UHGV virus genome: UHGV-0293664
DNA length: 64,000 bases
Origin: a virus
Reading direction: 5' to 3' (one strand)
The notes beneath the pieces are model-generated. The model made no database searches and was not told where the DNA came from. It saw only the letters and a program-made list of their open reading frames with translations. A program made the position numbers and the translations under genes. Positions 39,296-48,109 of this stretch are shown here, piece after piece (the stretch's first letter is position 1; every line of letters begins with the position of its first letter).

Positions 39296-41363
39296 ATTTA
39301 TGGCATCTGCATACAACCGTTTCGGCGAGCCAAACCCGAAAGCAACTAAGTATAAAAGTGGGGGAAGTGTGAAACGAGACTATCGTGATGAAAAAGAAGT
39401 TGAAACTGTAGAGACTGTTTTAGAAAATACTAAAATTGTCCCTGTCCCACAACAGAATATCGGTCTGATGGCTGCACAATATTTTGGTGTGCGATCAGCA
39501 TTGTCCCAAGAAGACGGTGTGACAGTCACTGCAACATATTTCCCATATTACGACCGCTACGGAAATCTGTCCGGTTTCAAAAAGCGTGACTGGACTATTC
39601 CTAAAGAGCAAAGGGGCCATTTCTCCGTTGTTGGCATCGTAAAGGCCAACTCCCAGATGTTTGGTCAAAAGCTGTGTGCATCTTCCAACAACCGTAAGCA
39701 GATCAACGTTTGTGAGGGAGAAGGTGATGTTATTGCAGCATGGCAGGCTGCATATCAGATACAAGTAAAAGGGATTCTCACCAATGCTAAAGCCCCGGCA
39801 AAGGTGAAGCAGTGGGCTAAAGAGGTCCAGGACGGGATCGATGCAGTTATCAACGGCGGTGATCTGGCAGGAAAACCCTGCCTGCCTTTTGTTGGAATTA
39901 ACTGTGGATGTGCAAACGCAGTAGATACTTTTGCAAACAATGAGAAGTTTATCCGTAGCTATGGAACAGTTGTGCTGGCAATGGATAACGATGCAGCTAA
40001 CGAGGTAGAGAAGCAAAAACACGTCATTAAAGGTGTTGAGGCCACGCACAATATCGCAGCATTTTTAATGGCTGATAACGTTTACCACGTAGAATACCCT
40101 GGTGAAGTAAACGACCCTGACGGTGTAAAAGATATCCGAGACATGCTGAAGGCTAAAAAGCTGGAAGATATTGTCAACATGTTCCGGCATCCTGTTAAAT
40201 ATGTGCCTGATGCTGTGTCGGATTTAGAAGACTTCTCTATCGAGTCTTTGCGGAAAAAGACTTCCAACGGGGTAGATATCAGTGCAGAGTTCCCAAAACT
40301 GCAAAAAATGCTAAAAGGCTTGCACAAAGGGACACTTGTAATGCTTACAGGTCCATCAGGCGGCGGTAAAACAACCGTGGCTAAAAAACTGGAACACTGT
40401 ATTGCAAGATACCTAATGGACCCGACATGCCAGAAGGCTGATGACTATGAAGAGGATGATCGTCTATGTATGATCCATCTTGAGGAGGACCCAGAGGAAG
40501 CAATTAACTCCTTGTATGCAAACCAGTTAGGGTTTGATGTTAAAGAGTTTGTTGAAGATCCTAGCCAGTTTTTAACTGATCAAGAACACGCAGAGATTCA
40601 CCAATCATGGGCAAAAGCTGGAAAAATCAAAGTGTTCAAACATTTCGGATCTATTCCGGTGGACGAGTTGATTACCAAGCTTAAGCAAATGGTTTGCCTG
40701 TACCATTGCCGTTATATTGTGCTGGATCACCTGTCCATGGTAATTTCAGGGCTTAATGTTAAGGATGAGCGAAAAGAACTGGACATGGCTATGACTCAGC
40801 TGGCTGCGTTTTGTAAGCAGTTTAACGTGTTTATCTTGGTGATCGCTCACCTCAAACGTACAGAGATTGTGCCTCCTAAGGACAAGGATGGTAACCCGTT
40901 ACCTTTCTGGTATCCTGTGCGAAAAGAGAATTTGCGAGGATCGGCGGGGCTTGAACAGTTGAGTTGGGTAGTCATAGGTGTCGAGGCCGAAGAAATGGTG
41001 GATCGTTCTCGTGGACGTGTCCGTCTGGTAGGTCTTAAAAACCGTCCAGCAAAAACTCTAGGTATTGCTGACACTTTGGTTATGGACCCGCACACAGGTA
41101 AGTTCCATGATGCCAGTAATTGGTACTGGGACAAAGAAATGCAAATGTTTACAGACGGAGAAGGTGGGGAGGTTGTTTGGAGACCTCAGGCTATGTTTGA
41201 GGATCAGGAGCATGCAGTTGTAGAAACACCTATGGGCAAGGTTGTGGCTGATAAGGTTGTAACTCCTACTGTTAAGTCTGTTGACACGCAGGAAGACCTC
41301 CAGTACGATGATCCATCCTCTGACCCGGTCCCCGGTTTTGAGGATGATGAAACGCCTTTTTAA
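39285..41363 (+). CDS. Primase-helicase (TOPRIM plus DnaB-like)
   Basis: CEGEGD and AMDNDAANE TOPRIM-like; Walker A GPSGGGKTT; acidic C-terminus EDDETPF. Confidence 0.75.
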   Translation: MGSKFMASAYNRFGEPNPKATKYKSGGSVKRDYRDEKEVETVETVLENTKIVPVPQQNIGLMAAQYFGVRSALSQEDGVTVTATYFPYYDRYGNLSGFKKRDWTIPKEQRGHFSVVGIVKANSQMFGQKLCASSNNRKQINVCEGEGDVIAAWQAAYQIQVKGILTNAKAPAKVKQWAKEVQDGIDAVINGGDLAGKPCLPFVGINCGCANAVDTFANNEKFIRSYGTVVLAMDNDAANEVEKQKHVIKGVEATHNIAAFLMADNVYHVEYPGEVNDPDGVKDIRDMLKAKKLEDIVNMFRHPVKYVPDAVSDLEDFSIESLRKKTSNGVDISAEFPKLQKMLKGLHKGTLVMLTGPSGGGKTTVAKKLEHCIARYLMDPTCQKADDYEEDDRLCMIHLEEDPEEAINSLYANQLGFDVKEFVEDPSQFLTDQEHAEIHQSWAKAGKIKVFKHFGSIPVDELITKLKQMVCLYHCRYIVLDHLSMVISGLNVKDERKELDMAMTQLAAFCKQFNVFILVIAHLKRTEIVPPKDKDGNPLPFWYPVRKENLRGSAGLEQLSWVVIGVEAEEMVDRSRGRVRLVGLKNRPAKTLGIADTLVMDPHTGKFHDASNWYWDKEMQMFTDGEGGEVVWRPQAMFEDQEHAVVETPMGKVVADKVVTPTVKSVDTQEDLQYDDPSSDPVPGFEDDETPF

Positions 41364-41378
41364 TGTTTAACAAAGAGT

Positions 41379-41403
41379 GGGAGGGGTAGTACAACCGCCT
41401 CCC
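41379..41403 (+). promoter_or_regulatory. Hairpin, possible weak terminator or leader structure
   Basis: GGGAGG...CCTCCC stem followed by CTTT. Confidence 0.3.
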
Positions 41404-41421
41404 CTTTAAGGAGAACACTTC

Positions 41422-42156
41422 ATGAACGAGTTCAGAGATCACTGTGTAGCCAATCACTTGTGGTCAGAGATATTGGAGTATGACGGTCAAAATCTTTTTT
41501 GGAAGATAGACATTCTGGCAGGTAGCGGTGTAGGATATGTTAAAACTTCAGCAGGCTCTAGAGCTGACAAGGGGCAAGATGCTGATGGCAGGCCTGTGGT
41601 CAGTCTAGGAAAGCATTGCACTAAAGGTGCCCACGTCATAATTTGGGAAATGTTTAACGGTCCTGTACCGGAAGGGTATGAGGTTGACCACATCAAGGAG
41701 ATAAGAGAAACAGGTGGTGTGGCTGATAACAGTATTCAAAATTTGCAACTGCTCGAGCCTACAGATAACAAAAAGAAAAGTTGCAAGATACCTCGTAGTA
41801 ACAACAAGTCTGGTAGGGTCGGGGTGCACTATTCTGAAGAAAGAGAGGCATGGATAGCTCAAGGCACAGATTCTGCAGGTGAAAGAGTCTGGCTAGGCCA
41901 GTACAGAACTTTTGAAGAGGCAGAGTGGGCAAGAAAGTTCTTCGAAGATAATGGTTTTTCGCACAAGAGTGGAAGAGCCGTGCAGTATAATAACACCAGC
42001 GGTTGCTCAGGGGTGAATTGGGATAAAACCCATGAAAGATGGGTAGCCAGAATTTATGTAGATGGTAAAAGGAAATGCCTTGGGTATTTCAAGAACAGAG
42101 AAGATGCAATAGCTGCAAGAAAGAGTGCTGAGAAGAAACAGGAGGAGACAGTATGA
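41422..42156 (+). CDS. HNH homing endonuclease with AP2 DNA-binding domains
   Basis: EVDHIKEIRETGGVADNSIQNLQLL HNH motif; two AP2-like repeats; inserted between primase-helicase and polymerase. Confidence 0.7.
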   Translation: MNEFRDHCVANHLWSEILEYDGQNLFWKIDILAGSGVGYVKTSAGSRADKGQDADGRPVVSLGKHCTKGAHVIIWEMFNGPVPEGYEVDHIKEIRETGGVADNSIQNLQLLEPTDNKKKSCKIPRSNNKSGRVGVHYSEEREAWIAQGTDSAGERVWLGQYRTFEEAEWARKFFEDNGFSHKSGRAVQYNNTSGCSGVNWDKTHERWVARIYVDGKRKCLGYFKNREDAIAARKSAEKKQEETV

Positions 42157-44930
42157 GTAATTGGTGCTTCGACTTGGAGGCCTCCGGGCTTTTGGAAGAC
42201 CCAGATCTTTATTATCACTGCGGTCTGTTTAAAGAGCTGAATAAGAACCGTTTTATGCTGTTCCTTCCTCTAAATGACCGCACACACTACTCCGAGGAGG
42301 ATATAGAGAAGGCTAAGAACTTTATTCTGGCAAAGAAAACTCTTTATAAAGATTTTGAAGTTCGCATAGCAGATTTTTCGGAGTTGGAAGGTTGGCTTAC
42401 AGGCAATTCCGACTGGTCACCAACAGCTTTGAACTGCCATAACTGCTACAGTTATGACTTTATGCTAATGGAAAGATTGTCCGGTATTCATTTTGATATG
42501 TTCCGTGATCCTAAATGCATGGGGACTATCAACGACCACCAGGTTAACCTGTTTGATACGTTGGCGATGAGCCGAATCTTGTGGCCTGATCGCCCTTTAC
42601 CAAAAGGTTGTCCGGACTCTGTATTCAACCCGGTTACTAAGAAAATGCAGCCTGTTGGTCCTCACGGCCTTATGGCATGGGGCTACGCCCTTGGTAACCA
42701 GAAAGTTCAAATTGATGACTGGCGTGATCTTCCGTTGTGGAAGTATGTGGATCGTGTATTCGAGGACGTTATCATCCAAGAGCTGCTCTGGAAAGAGCTG
42801 GTAGCGGAATCAAAAGGTGTATTCTACGGCAAATCTGACATGCAGAACTTTATGTACGATCCTGCCAAAGAGAAGCCGAAAGGGTTCAAGAAGATCACCT
42901 GGAAGAACGCATTACGCCGAGGCATGCTGCAGCACTTCCTGATGGAGCTGCAGGCCCGTCAGGGTGTGTATTTCGACATAGATGGAGCTATTGCTTTACG
43001 TGACCGTTGCGATGCGTGGATGAAAGAGATCGCTGATCGTGTTGAACCTCAACTTCCTTTAAAAGAGTTGTCAATGTCTCAGCGGCCCAAGTTCCCTGAA
43101 AAGCCGTTTAACCAAGATGGGACAATCTCCAATAATGGTTGGAAATGGTTAAAAGATAAGCTTGGCTATCCTGTGGACATGAGCGCTTTAGAGTTCAAAG
43201 CCCCGCCTAAGCGAGCATTTACCTCCACAGGGGATGTCAGTAAGATGGGGATAAAGTGGTGTGAAGAGATGGGCTGCAAAGACCCAGATAAGATGGCTGA
43301 TTTCTTGAGAGGCTATATTAAGGGCACCTCCACACCACAACCTTTACCTAAAGAGCTAATGGATCAGGCAATAAGTGATCTACAGCAGAAGCGAATGCCG
43401 GACTGCAAGATACCTATGAAAATCAGCAATCAGGACGACATTAAGAGATACCTGATCAGTGCTGGTTGGCTTCCGACAATGTGGAGAACTAAGGATGTAA
43501 CTAAAGACAGCAAGAAGAAAGCTCTACCTGATGCAGATGTTGATGCACGAGTGTATGCATATATGGACGAGCTTTTAGAGTCAGAGTATTGTGACCTAAT
43601 TATCAACTTCTGGAACAAAACTGATGCTAAGTTCCAGACAACCGTGCACAAGTTCCGAAGCTTTCCTAACTCTGAAAGGATTAAAAAGGAAGTATTCGGG
43701 AAAATACGTAGAAAAGCTAGGACACTTATTACTTCTCCGCAGCTGAAAGATACGTTTGGACACCTATGCCCGAATCTTGAAAAATTGAACGGGGAGATGG
43801 CTAAAGATATCGTCTTGTGGTTATCATTGCGAAACCGCAGATCGGTCCTTGATCCAATCAAGGAGGATAAGGTTGATACTGGTCTTCTTAATCACCCACG
43901 TTTGAAGATTGACCATAAGCTTCCGGCTAAAAGCTCTGGATTAACAAACACTTCCAGACAGAAACACAGTATTTGTGCAAACATGCCTAAACCATCTCCT
44001 AAAGTGGTTATGGGTAAAGAGATGCGCAGTCTGTGGGGTGTTCCTCCAGGATACTTTGAGATCGGTATTGACGGGTCCAACTTAGAGCAGCTTATCGGGG
44101 CTTGGGGTGCCTTTGAGTTCGACAACGGCTTGTATTATGATGTTGTAAGTAACGGGGACGCACACCAAAACAATGCTGAGGCATATACAAAAGTAGCAGG
44201 CAGAGAGGTGTCTCGTAACGACGGTAAACCTATCACGTATGGGGTTATGTATGGGGCACAAAAAGACAAAGTTGCAGACATGCTGGATATCTCCCCAGAG
44301 TTGGGACAAAGGGTAATCGATGCACTTTGGGATGCCAACCCCGGTCTTAAGGGGCGTAAAGAAGATCTGGAGAAATTCTGGGAAGCAACGGGTAAGAAGT
44401 TTATCTACTCTTTTGATGGTCATGCTATCTGGACCCGATCTAAACACTCTTTACTTAATGCATACCAACAGAATGGTGGTGCATCGTTGTGTGACTTAGT
44501 TGGGATACTCATGCACCACCAAATGGTGAAGCGCGGGTGGTACGATGAAGGTGTTCGTCGTATTATTTATTACCATGACGAATATCAGCTTCAAGTCCCT
44601 GACACACCTAAGTATAAGACTGTGTACACCTTCGACACAATTGAAGAACTGGAAGCATTTAAGGCAGAGCAGGAGGCCAAACTTCATGTGTTCGACGGTC
44701 ATAAGTACAAAAAGGCACGCAAGGATGAGGACGGAAACGAAGTGGTTGACAGAGACGGAAACACGGTGTACGATCCTATCCTGAACGATGACGGAAAGCT
44801 TGAACTTATCTGGAGCCCTGTGGGTGAAATGGTGGTGCATTGCTTCTGGCAAGCTTCTAAAATGATGGGAGTCCCGTTCCAGATCACAGGTGAATACTTG
44901 TGCGGTCGTAATTGGGGTGATTGTCACTAA
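42153..44930 (+). CDS. Family A DNA polymerase with 3'-5' exonuclease domain
   Basis: Exo I FDLEASG; K...YGVMYG motif B-like; YYHDE motif C-like. Confidence 0.8.
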   Translation: MSNWCFDLEASGLLEDPDLYYHCGLFKELNKNRFMLFLPLNDRTHYSEEDIEKAKNFILAKKTLYKDFEVRIADFSELEGWLTGNSDWSPTALNCHNCYSYDFMLMERLSGIHFDMFRDPKCMGTINDHQVNLFDTLAMSRILWPDRPLPKGCPDSVFNPVTKKMQPVGPHGLMAWGYALGNQKVQIDDWRDLPLWKYVDRVFEDVIIQELLWKELVAESKGVFYGKSDMQNFMYDPAKEKPKGFKKITWKNALRRGMLQHFLMELQARQGVYFDIDGAIALRDRCDAWMKEIADRVEPQLPLKELSMSQRPKFPEKPFNQDGTISNNGWKWLKDKLGYPVDMSALEFKAPPKRAFTSTGDVSKMGIKWCEEMGCKDPDKMADFLRGYIKGTSTPQPLPKELMDQAISDLQQKRMPDCKIPMKISNQDDIKRYLISAGWLPTMWRTKDVTKDSKKKALPDADVDARVYAYMDELLESEYCDLIINFWNKTDAKFQTTVHKFRSFPNSERIKKEVFGKIRRKARTLITSPQLKDTFGHLCPNLEKLNGEMAKDIVLWLSLRNRRSVLDPIKEDKVDTGLLNHPRLKIDHKLPAKSSGLTNTSRQKHSICANMPKPSPKVVMGKEMRSLWGVPPGYFEIGIDGSNLEQLIGAWGAFEFDNGLYYDVVSNGDAHQNNAEAYTKVAGREVSRNDGKPITYGVMYGAQKDKVADMLDISPELGQRVIDALWDANPGLKGRKEDLEKFWEATGKKFIYSFDGHAIWTRSKHSLLNAYQQNGGASLCDLVGILMHHQMVKRGWYDEGVRRIIYYHDEYQLQVPDTPKYKTVYTFDTIEELEAFKAEQEAKLHVFDGHKYKKARKDEDGNEVVDRDGNTVYDPILNDDGKLELIWSPVGEMVVHCFWQASKMMGVPFQITGEYLCGRNWGDCH

Positions 44931-44946
44931 TGTAAACTATCAACAC

Positions 44947-45264
44947 ATGGAAGTGTTGTTGAGCAAAGAGGAGACTTTTATGGTAGTAGAACCAACAAAA
45001 ACATTTACATCCATGACTATTCCTGTTATTATGCAGGTGGAGTGTGTTCAGGTATCTCAAGTGTGGCCTGGCACCAAAATCCCGACAGGGCCTGATTTCT
45101 TTCAGGTTGGCAAAGTGTACAATGTCTGGAAGGCACCAGATTGTTACCCTTTCATCAAAGATGACCGTGGGATGCTGTGGTATCTTGGAAATGATTTGAC
45201 ACTGCACCTTGGGAATGCTATTATTGCAGTATTCAGACTTAACAAGAAGGAGACTGATCAATGA
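44947..45264 (+). CDS. Small protein, dispersed paralog family
   Basis: 105 aa from ATG 44947; IKDDRGMLWYL motif. Confidence 0.5.
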   Translation: MEVLLSKEETFMVVEPTKTFTSMTIPVIMQVECVQVSQVWPGTKIPTGPDFFQVGKVYNVWKAPDCYPFIKDDRGMLWYLGNDLTLHLGNAIIAVFRLNKKETDQ

Positions 45265-45488
45265 CGACTTTGGTTAAAGCTACCTTTGTAGAAGAAAAGA
45301 TGACAGACCTGTCATTCTTTAAAGAAGGAAAGACCTACGAGGTTTATTACGATAAAGCTCGTGCAAATAAAATGATTAAAGACGAGGAAGGGGTTGCCTG
45401 GCTTATCTCCCATCTGGCAAACGGTGAGTATCATATCTACGGAACCACCCTGCTTGCCAAGTTTGTAGCTGTTGAAGAGGACCTATGA
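45261..45488 (+). CDS. Small protein, dispersed paralog family
   Basis: 75 aa; ATGA overlap; IKDEEGVAWLI motif. Confidence 0.5.
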   Translation: MTTLVKATFVEEKMTDLSFFKEGKTYEVYYDKARANKMIKDEEGVAWLISHLANGEYHIYGTTLLAKFVAVEEDL

Positions 45489-45679
45489 AAGTAAAGTATC
45501 TGGCTGAGGGTATGAGTAGGTATTTCACCCTTGGTGAAGAATATTGGCCATTTACAAGCAACGGCGATGTCTACGTGAAAGATAATTTCGGCACGCCATG
45601 GTTTTTGCACTCTAACGGGTTAGGGTATTCTATTTATCGCAGTGCAATGAGCGACACAACCCTTGCAGAGTTTGTATAG
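45485..45679 (+). CDS. Small protein, dispersed paralog family
   Basis: 64 aa; ATGA overlap; VKDNFGTPWFL motif. Confidence 0.5.
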   Translation: MKVKYLAEGMSRYFTLGEEYWPFTSNGDVYVKDNFGTPWFLHSNGLGYSIYRSAMSDTTLAEFV

Positions 45680-45689
45680 AGGAGGTAGA

Positions 45690-46061
45690 ATGTTAGTAAA
45701 AGGTACTCACACAGTCAAACAGCGTATTGAAGTTGAGATTGATGATTGTGAGCTGAAGCATATTCTACGGTCATGCTCCAACGTTTTGCTCCTTGGTATT
45801 CTCCAGGAGCGAGCGGAGAACGAGTTCTTAAATGCATTGGCAGGCCGCCCTGGTGACTTCTGTGTGCGTAAGCGTGGTGACAACAAGTCATGGCTGTGGG
45901 AGATAGACGCAGAATGGGATTACCACAAAAATGAGGGTATAGATGAGCCTATTCGTGAATTGACAGACAAAGAGATTCAGATGTACAATGAAGTTTGTCA
46001 TTGGGCAAGACGTCAACAAATTTACCTCGACCCTGTGTGGATGATTGAAAATAGCCATTGA
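45690..46061 (+). CDS. Hypothetical protein
   Basis: 123 aa from ATG 45690 with GAGGAGG RBS. Confidence 0.5.
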   Translation: MLVKGTHTVKQRIEVEIDDCELKHILRSCSNVLLLGILQERAENEFLNALAGRPGDFCVRKRGDNKSWLWEIDAEWDYHKNEGIDEPIRELTDKEIQMYNEVCHWARRQQIYLDPVWMIENSH

Positions 46062-46086
46062 CAAGAAGTAAGATTAGATATAAGAT
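46058..46086 (+). promoter_or_regulatory. sigma70-like promoter
   Basis: TTGACA, 17-nt spacer, TAAGAT. Confidence 0.5.
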
Positions 46087-46137
46087 GCTTCACACAAACA
46101 GAGCGTTGATTTTTAAATAACTAAGGAGACTGCCAAG

Positions 46138-46392
46138 ATGAAAATTACTTTGAAGCCAGAATGCGTTGCAAATGACCGAGCTTTTAAAGATTGCACAGTC
46201 GGTGCAATTTATGAAGCGGAGTTTTGTGAGAACCCTCTGGTAAAAGCCCTTCTGGAAGAAGGGGCCCCTTTATCACAAGAAGAGATTGATGAGCTGGAAA
46301 ACTCAGCACAGTGCCTTACCTTTAAAGATGACGAAGGAGATTCTGTCTGGTGCACTGTTAATGAAGTAGTTTTTGTAAAACCTGAACATTAA
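46138..46392 (+). CDS. Small acidic protein
   Basis: 84 aa; AAGGAGA RBS; FKDDEGDSVWC motif. Confidence 0.5.
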   Translation: MKITLKPECVANDRAFKDCTVGAIYEAEFCENPLVKALLEEGAPLSQEEIDELENSAQCLTFKDDEGDSVWCTVNEVVFVKPEH

Positions 46393-46395
46393 TAC

Positions 46396-46424
46396 TTGAC
46401 AACAGTGATGGGGCCTAATATAAT
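46396..46424 (+). promoter_or_regulatory. Consensus sigma70 promoter
   Basis: TTGACA, 17-nt spacer, TATAAT; -10 flanked by GGGCC/GGCCC inverted repeat. Confidence 0.6.
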
Positions 46425-46455
46425 GGCCCTATCGAAACGAAAGGGGACCACAGCA

Positions 46456-46716
46456 ATGACCAAACAATATCAACGAATTAAAGCCAAGGTTAAGCCAGAC
46501 TATCTGGAAAAGGACTCTGCTTTTCGGGACTGCACAGCCGACAAAGTTTACACAGGGGCTGTCCTGTTGAACGATAAACTTGAAGTAGATGTGCTGGGTA
46601 AAGAGGCCGTTATCGAGGATGACAACGGTGACTGTGTTTTCTGCACCACACGGGAGCTAGAAGTCTTAGAATACTTCGGTGAAATCTTCAACTCCTTAGA
46701 CGACGAGGAAGCGTGA
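46456..46716 (+). CDS. Small acidic protein
   Basis: 86 aa from ATG 46456; track ORF start lies inside the promoter; IEDDNGDCVFC motif. Confidence 0.5.
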   Translation: MTKQYQRIKAKVKPDYLEKDSAFRDCTADKVYTGAVLLNDKLEVDVLGKEAVIEDDNGDCVFCTTRELEVLEYFGEIFNSLDDEEA

Positions 46717-47105
46717 TGAAAAATATTTGGGATATTGATATCTTTGAAGCCTCTAAGCTTGACGGTGCTGATGGAGTGATTATGGTGTCTGACGGCAAGG
46801 CAACACTAACTTCCGGAGATATCATCTATGCCTTGGACGAGCTGGCGCTTCTGAAATCTACCGGTAACACTTTGGAGGAGCGTCTTCAAGGCTTCGCTTT
46901 CAAAGAAGGTACAAATACCGCCATGATGTGCACCACACGGACAGTTCAGGTTGGTAACGGTGTCTATATGATCATTGCGGTGTGTCCTAAATTCAGCAAC
47001 GTCAACAAAGATGATGCTGACGCTGTCAACGATGTGGTTGTTCTCTTCGTGGGTGACGCTATGGCAGATCTGATGAATGCAGGAGAAGCAGCAAATGAAG
47101 ACTGA
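46713..47105 (+). CDS. Hypothetical protein
   Basis: 130 aa; ATGA overlap. Confidence 0.5.
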   Translation: MMKNIWDIDIFEASKLDGADGVIMVSDGKATLTSGDIIYALDELALLKSTGNTLEERLQGFAFKEGTNTAMMCTTRTVQVGNGVYMIIAVCPKFSNVNKDDADAVNDVVVLFVGDAMADLMNAGEAANED

Positions 47106-47397
47106 AAACATCACCCCCGCAGGGTTCTTAAAAGTATACCGTGAACTGCTATATACTACAGAGGACAGCGTTCTAGAGTATCCAGAATATCTTTTGCTGT
47201 ATAAGTATCTGCAGGAGGCTGGTGAAAATCTGCCAGTTAGTGCAGAAGGTGGTCCGAACTGGATATACAGCGCATGGAGAAAGGTTGACATTCTCCCAGA
47301 CCCAGGTAAAGATATGGTAGTTTGGCAGCTTATCAACAACATCGGGATTCCAATCTTTGATGAAGCTGTTAAAATCTATTTTGAACTTGACGATTAA
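47095..47397 (+). CDS. Hypothetical protein
   Basis: 100 aa from ATG 47095 with GGAGAAG RBS. Confidence 0.45.
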   Translation: MKTENITPAGFLKVYRELLYTTEDSVLEYPEYLLLYKYLQEAGENLPVSAEGGPNWIYSAWRKVDILPDPGKDMVVWQLINNIGIPIFDEAVKIYFELDD

Positions 47398-47414
47398 TAT
47401 CAGGAGACCTTAAG

Positions 47415-47660
47415 ATGACTGAAGTAGTTGCTCGCGCAGGACAGAAAGTACGTTGTGTTGAAGTAGGTTTTGGTGGCAAAGGGTGTCAAAACTTGACTCA
47501 AGGTAAGGAATACGCTGTTATTTCTGGTGGTGGCGACGAAAGTATTGTGTTCGAGGGCCACATCCTGGATGCTGAAAACTTTGAAATCTTTGACGACGAT
47601 GGGGATCCGATCACCTGCCTGCTGGACGGGAATTGGGGAACTTTTGAAGTGATTGGCTAA
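47415..47660 (+). CDS. Small protein, dispersed paralog family
   Basis: 81 aa; AGGAGA RBS; FDDDGDPITCL motif. Confidence 0.5.
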   Translation: MTEVVARAGQKVRCVEVGFGGKGCQNLTQGKEYAVISGGGDESIVFEGHILDAENFEIFDDDGDPITCLLDGNWGTFEVIG

Positions 47661-47743
47661 CAAATACCTATTGTAATTTGCAGAAGGGGATGCTAAAATA
47701 GTGTCTCCTTTTATGTTGTTCAAATAAAATCGGAGATTCCATA

Positions 47744-48109
47744 ATGGAACAAATGAACGATCAAACGTCGGTTGCGATGAACGAGCAAGAACAACCTCAA
47801 GAATTTTTCTTAGGGTTAAGTAAAGATCAAGTGTCTCTTCTGCTAGTGCTTTCTTCTTTCATGGGAAGACTTCAGGAGCTTACACAACAGCCAGAGGCTG
47901 AACAATTATTCCAGGCTCTGCGTGAAGAAGAAAAATATCGTCGTTTGGACTATGCCTTAGGTTGGGTAGCTCAACAACGAGATATGCTGATGGCCCTCTC
48001 TGGGACCACAAGTTTTGCAATGGGCCTGTTGGCTCAAGTTCAGGACAAATTAATTCAAGCAGGGTTTGCACACACGGCAAACACTAACGAAGAACAAGGA
48101 GACAAATAA
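47744..48109 (+). CDS. Hypothetical protein
   Basis: 121 aa; stop overlaps SSB-like start. Confidence 0.5.
   Translation: MEQMNDQTSVAMNEQEQPQEFFLGLSKDQVSLLLVLSSFMGRLQELTQQPEAEQLFQALREEEKYRRLDYALGWVAQQRDMLMALSGTTSFAMGLLAQVQDKLIQAGFAHTANTNEEQGDK

Noticed and set aside
39495-40049. 184-aa antisense ORF inside the primase-helicase gene
   Set aside because: Embedded antisense to a gene with conserved motifs; no start context.
46806-47342. 178-aa minus-strand ORF
   Set aside because: Antisense to two translationally coupled plus-strand genes; no RBS.
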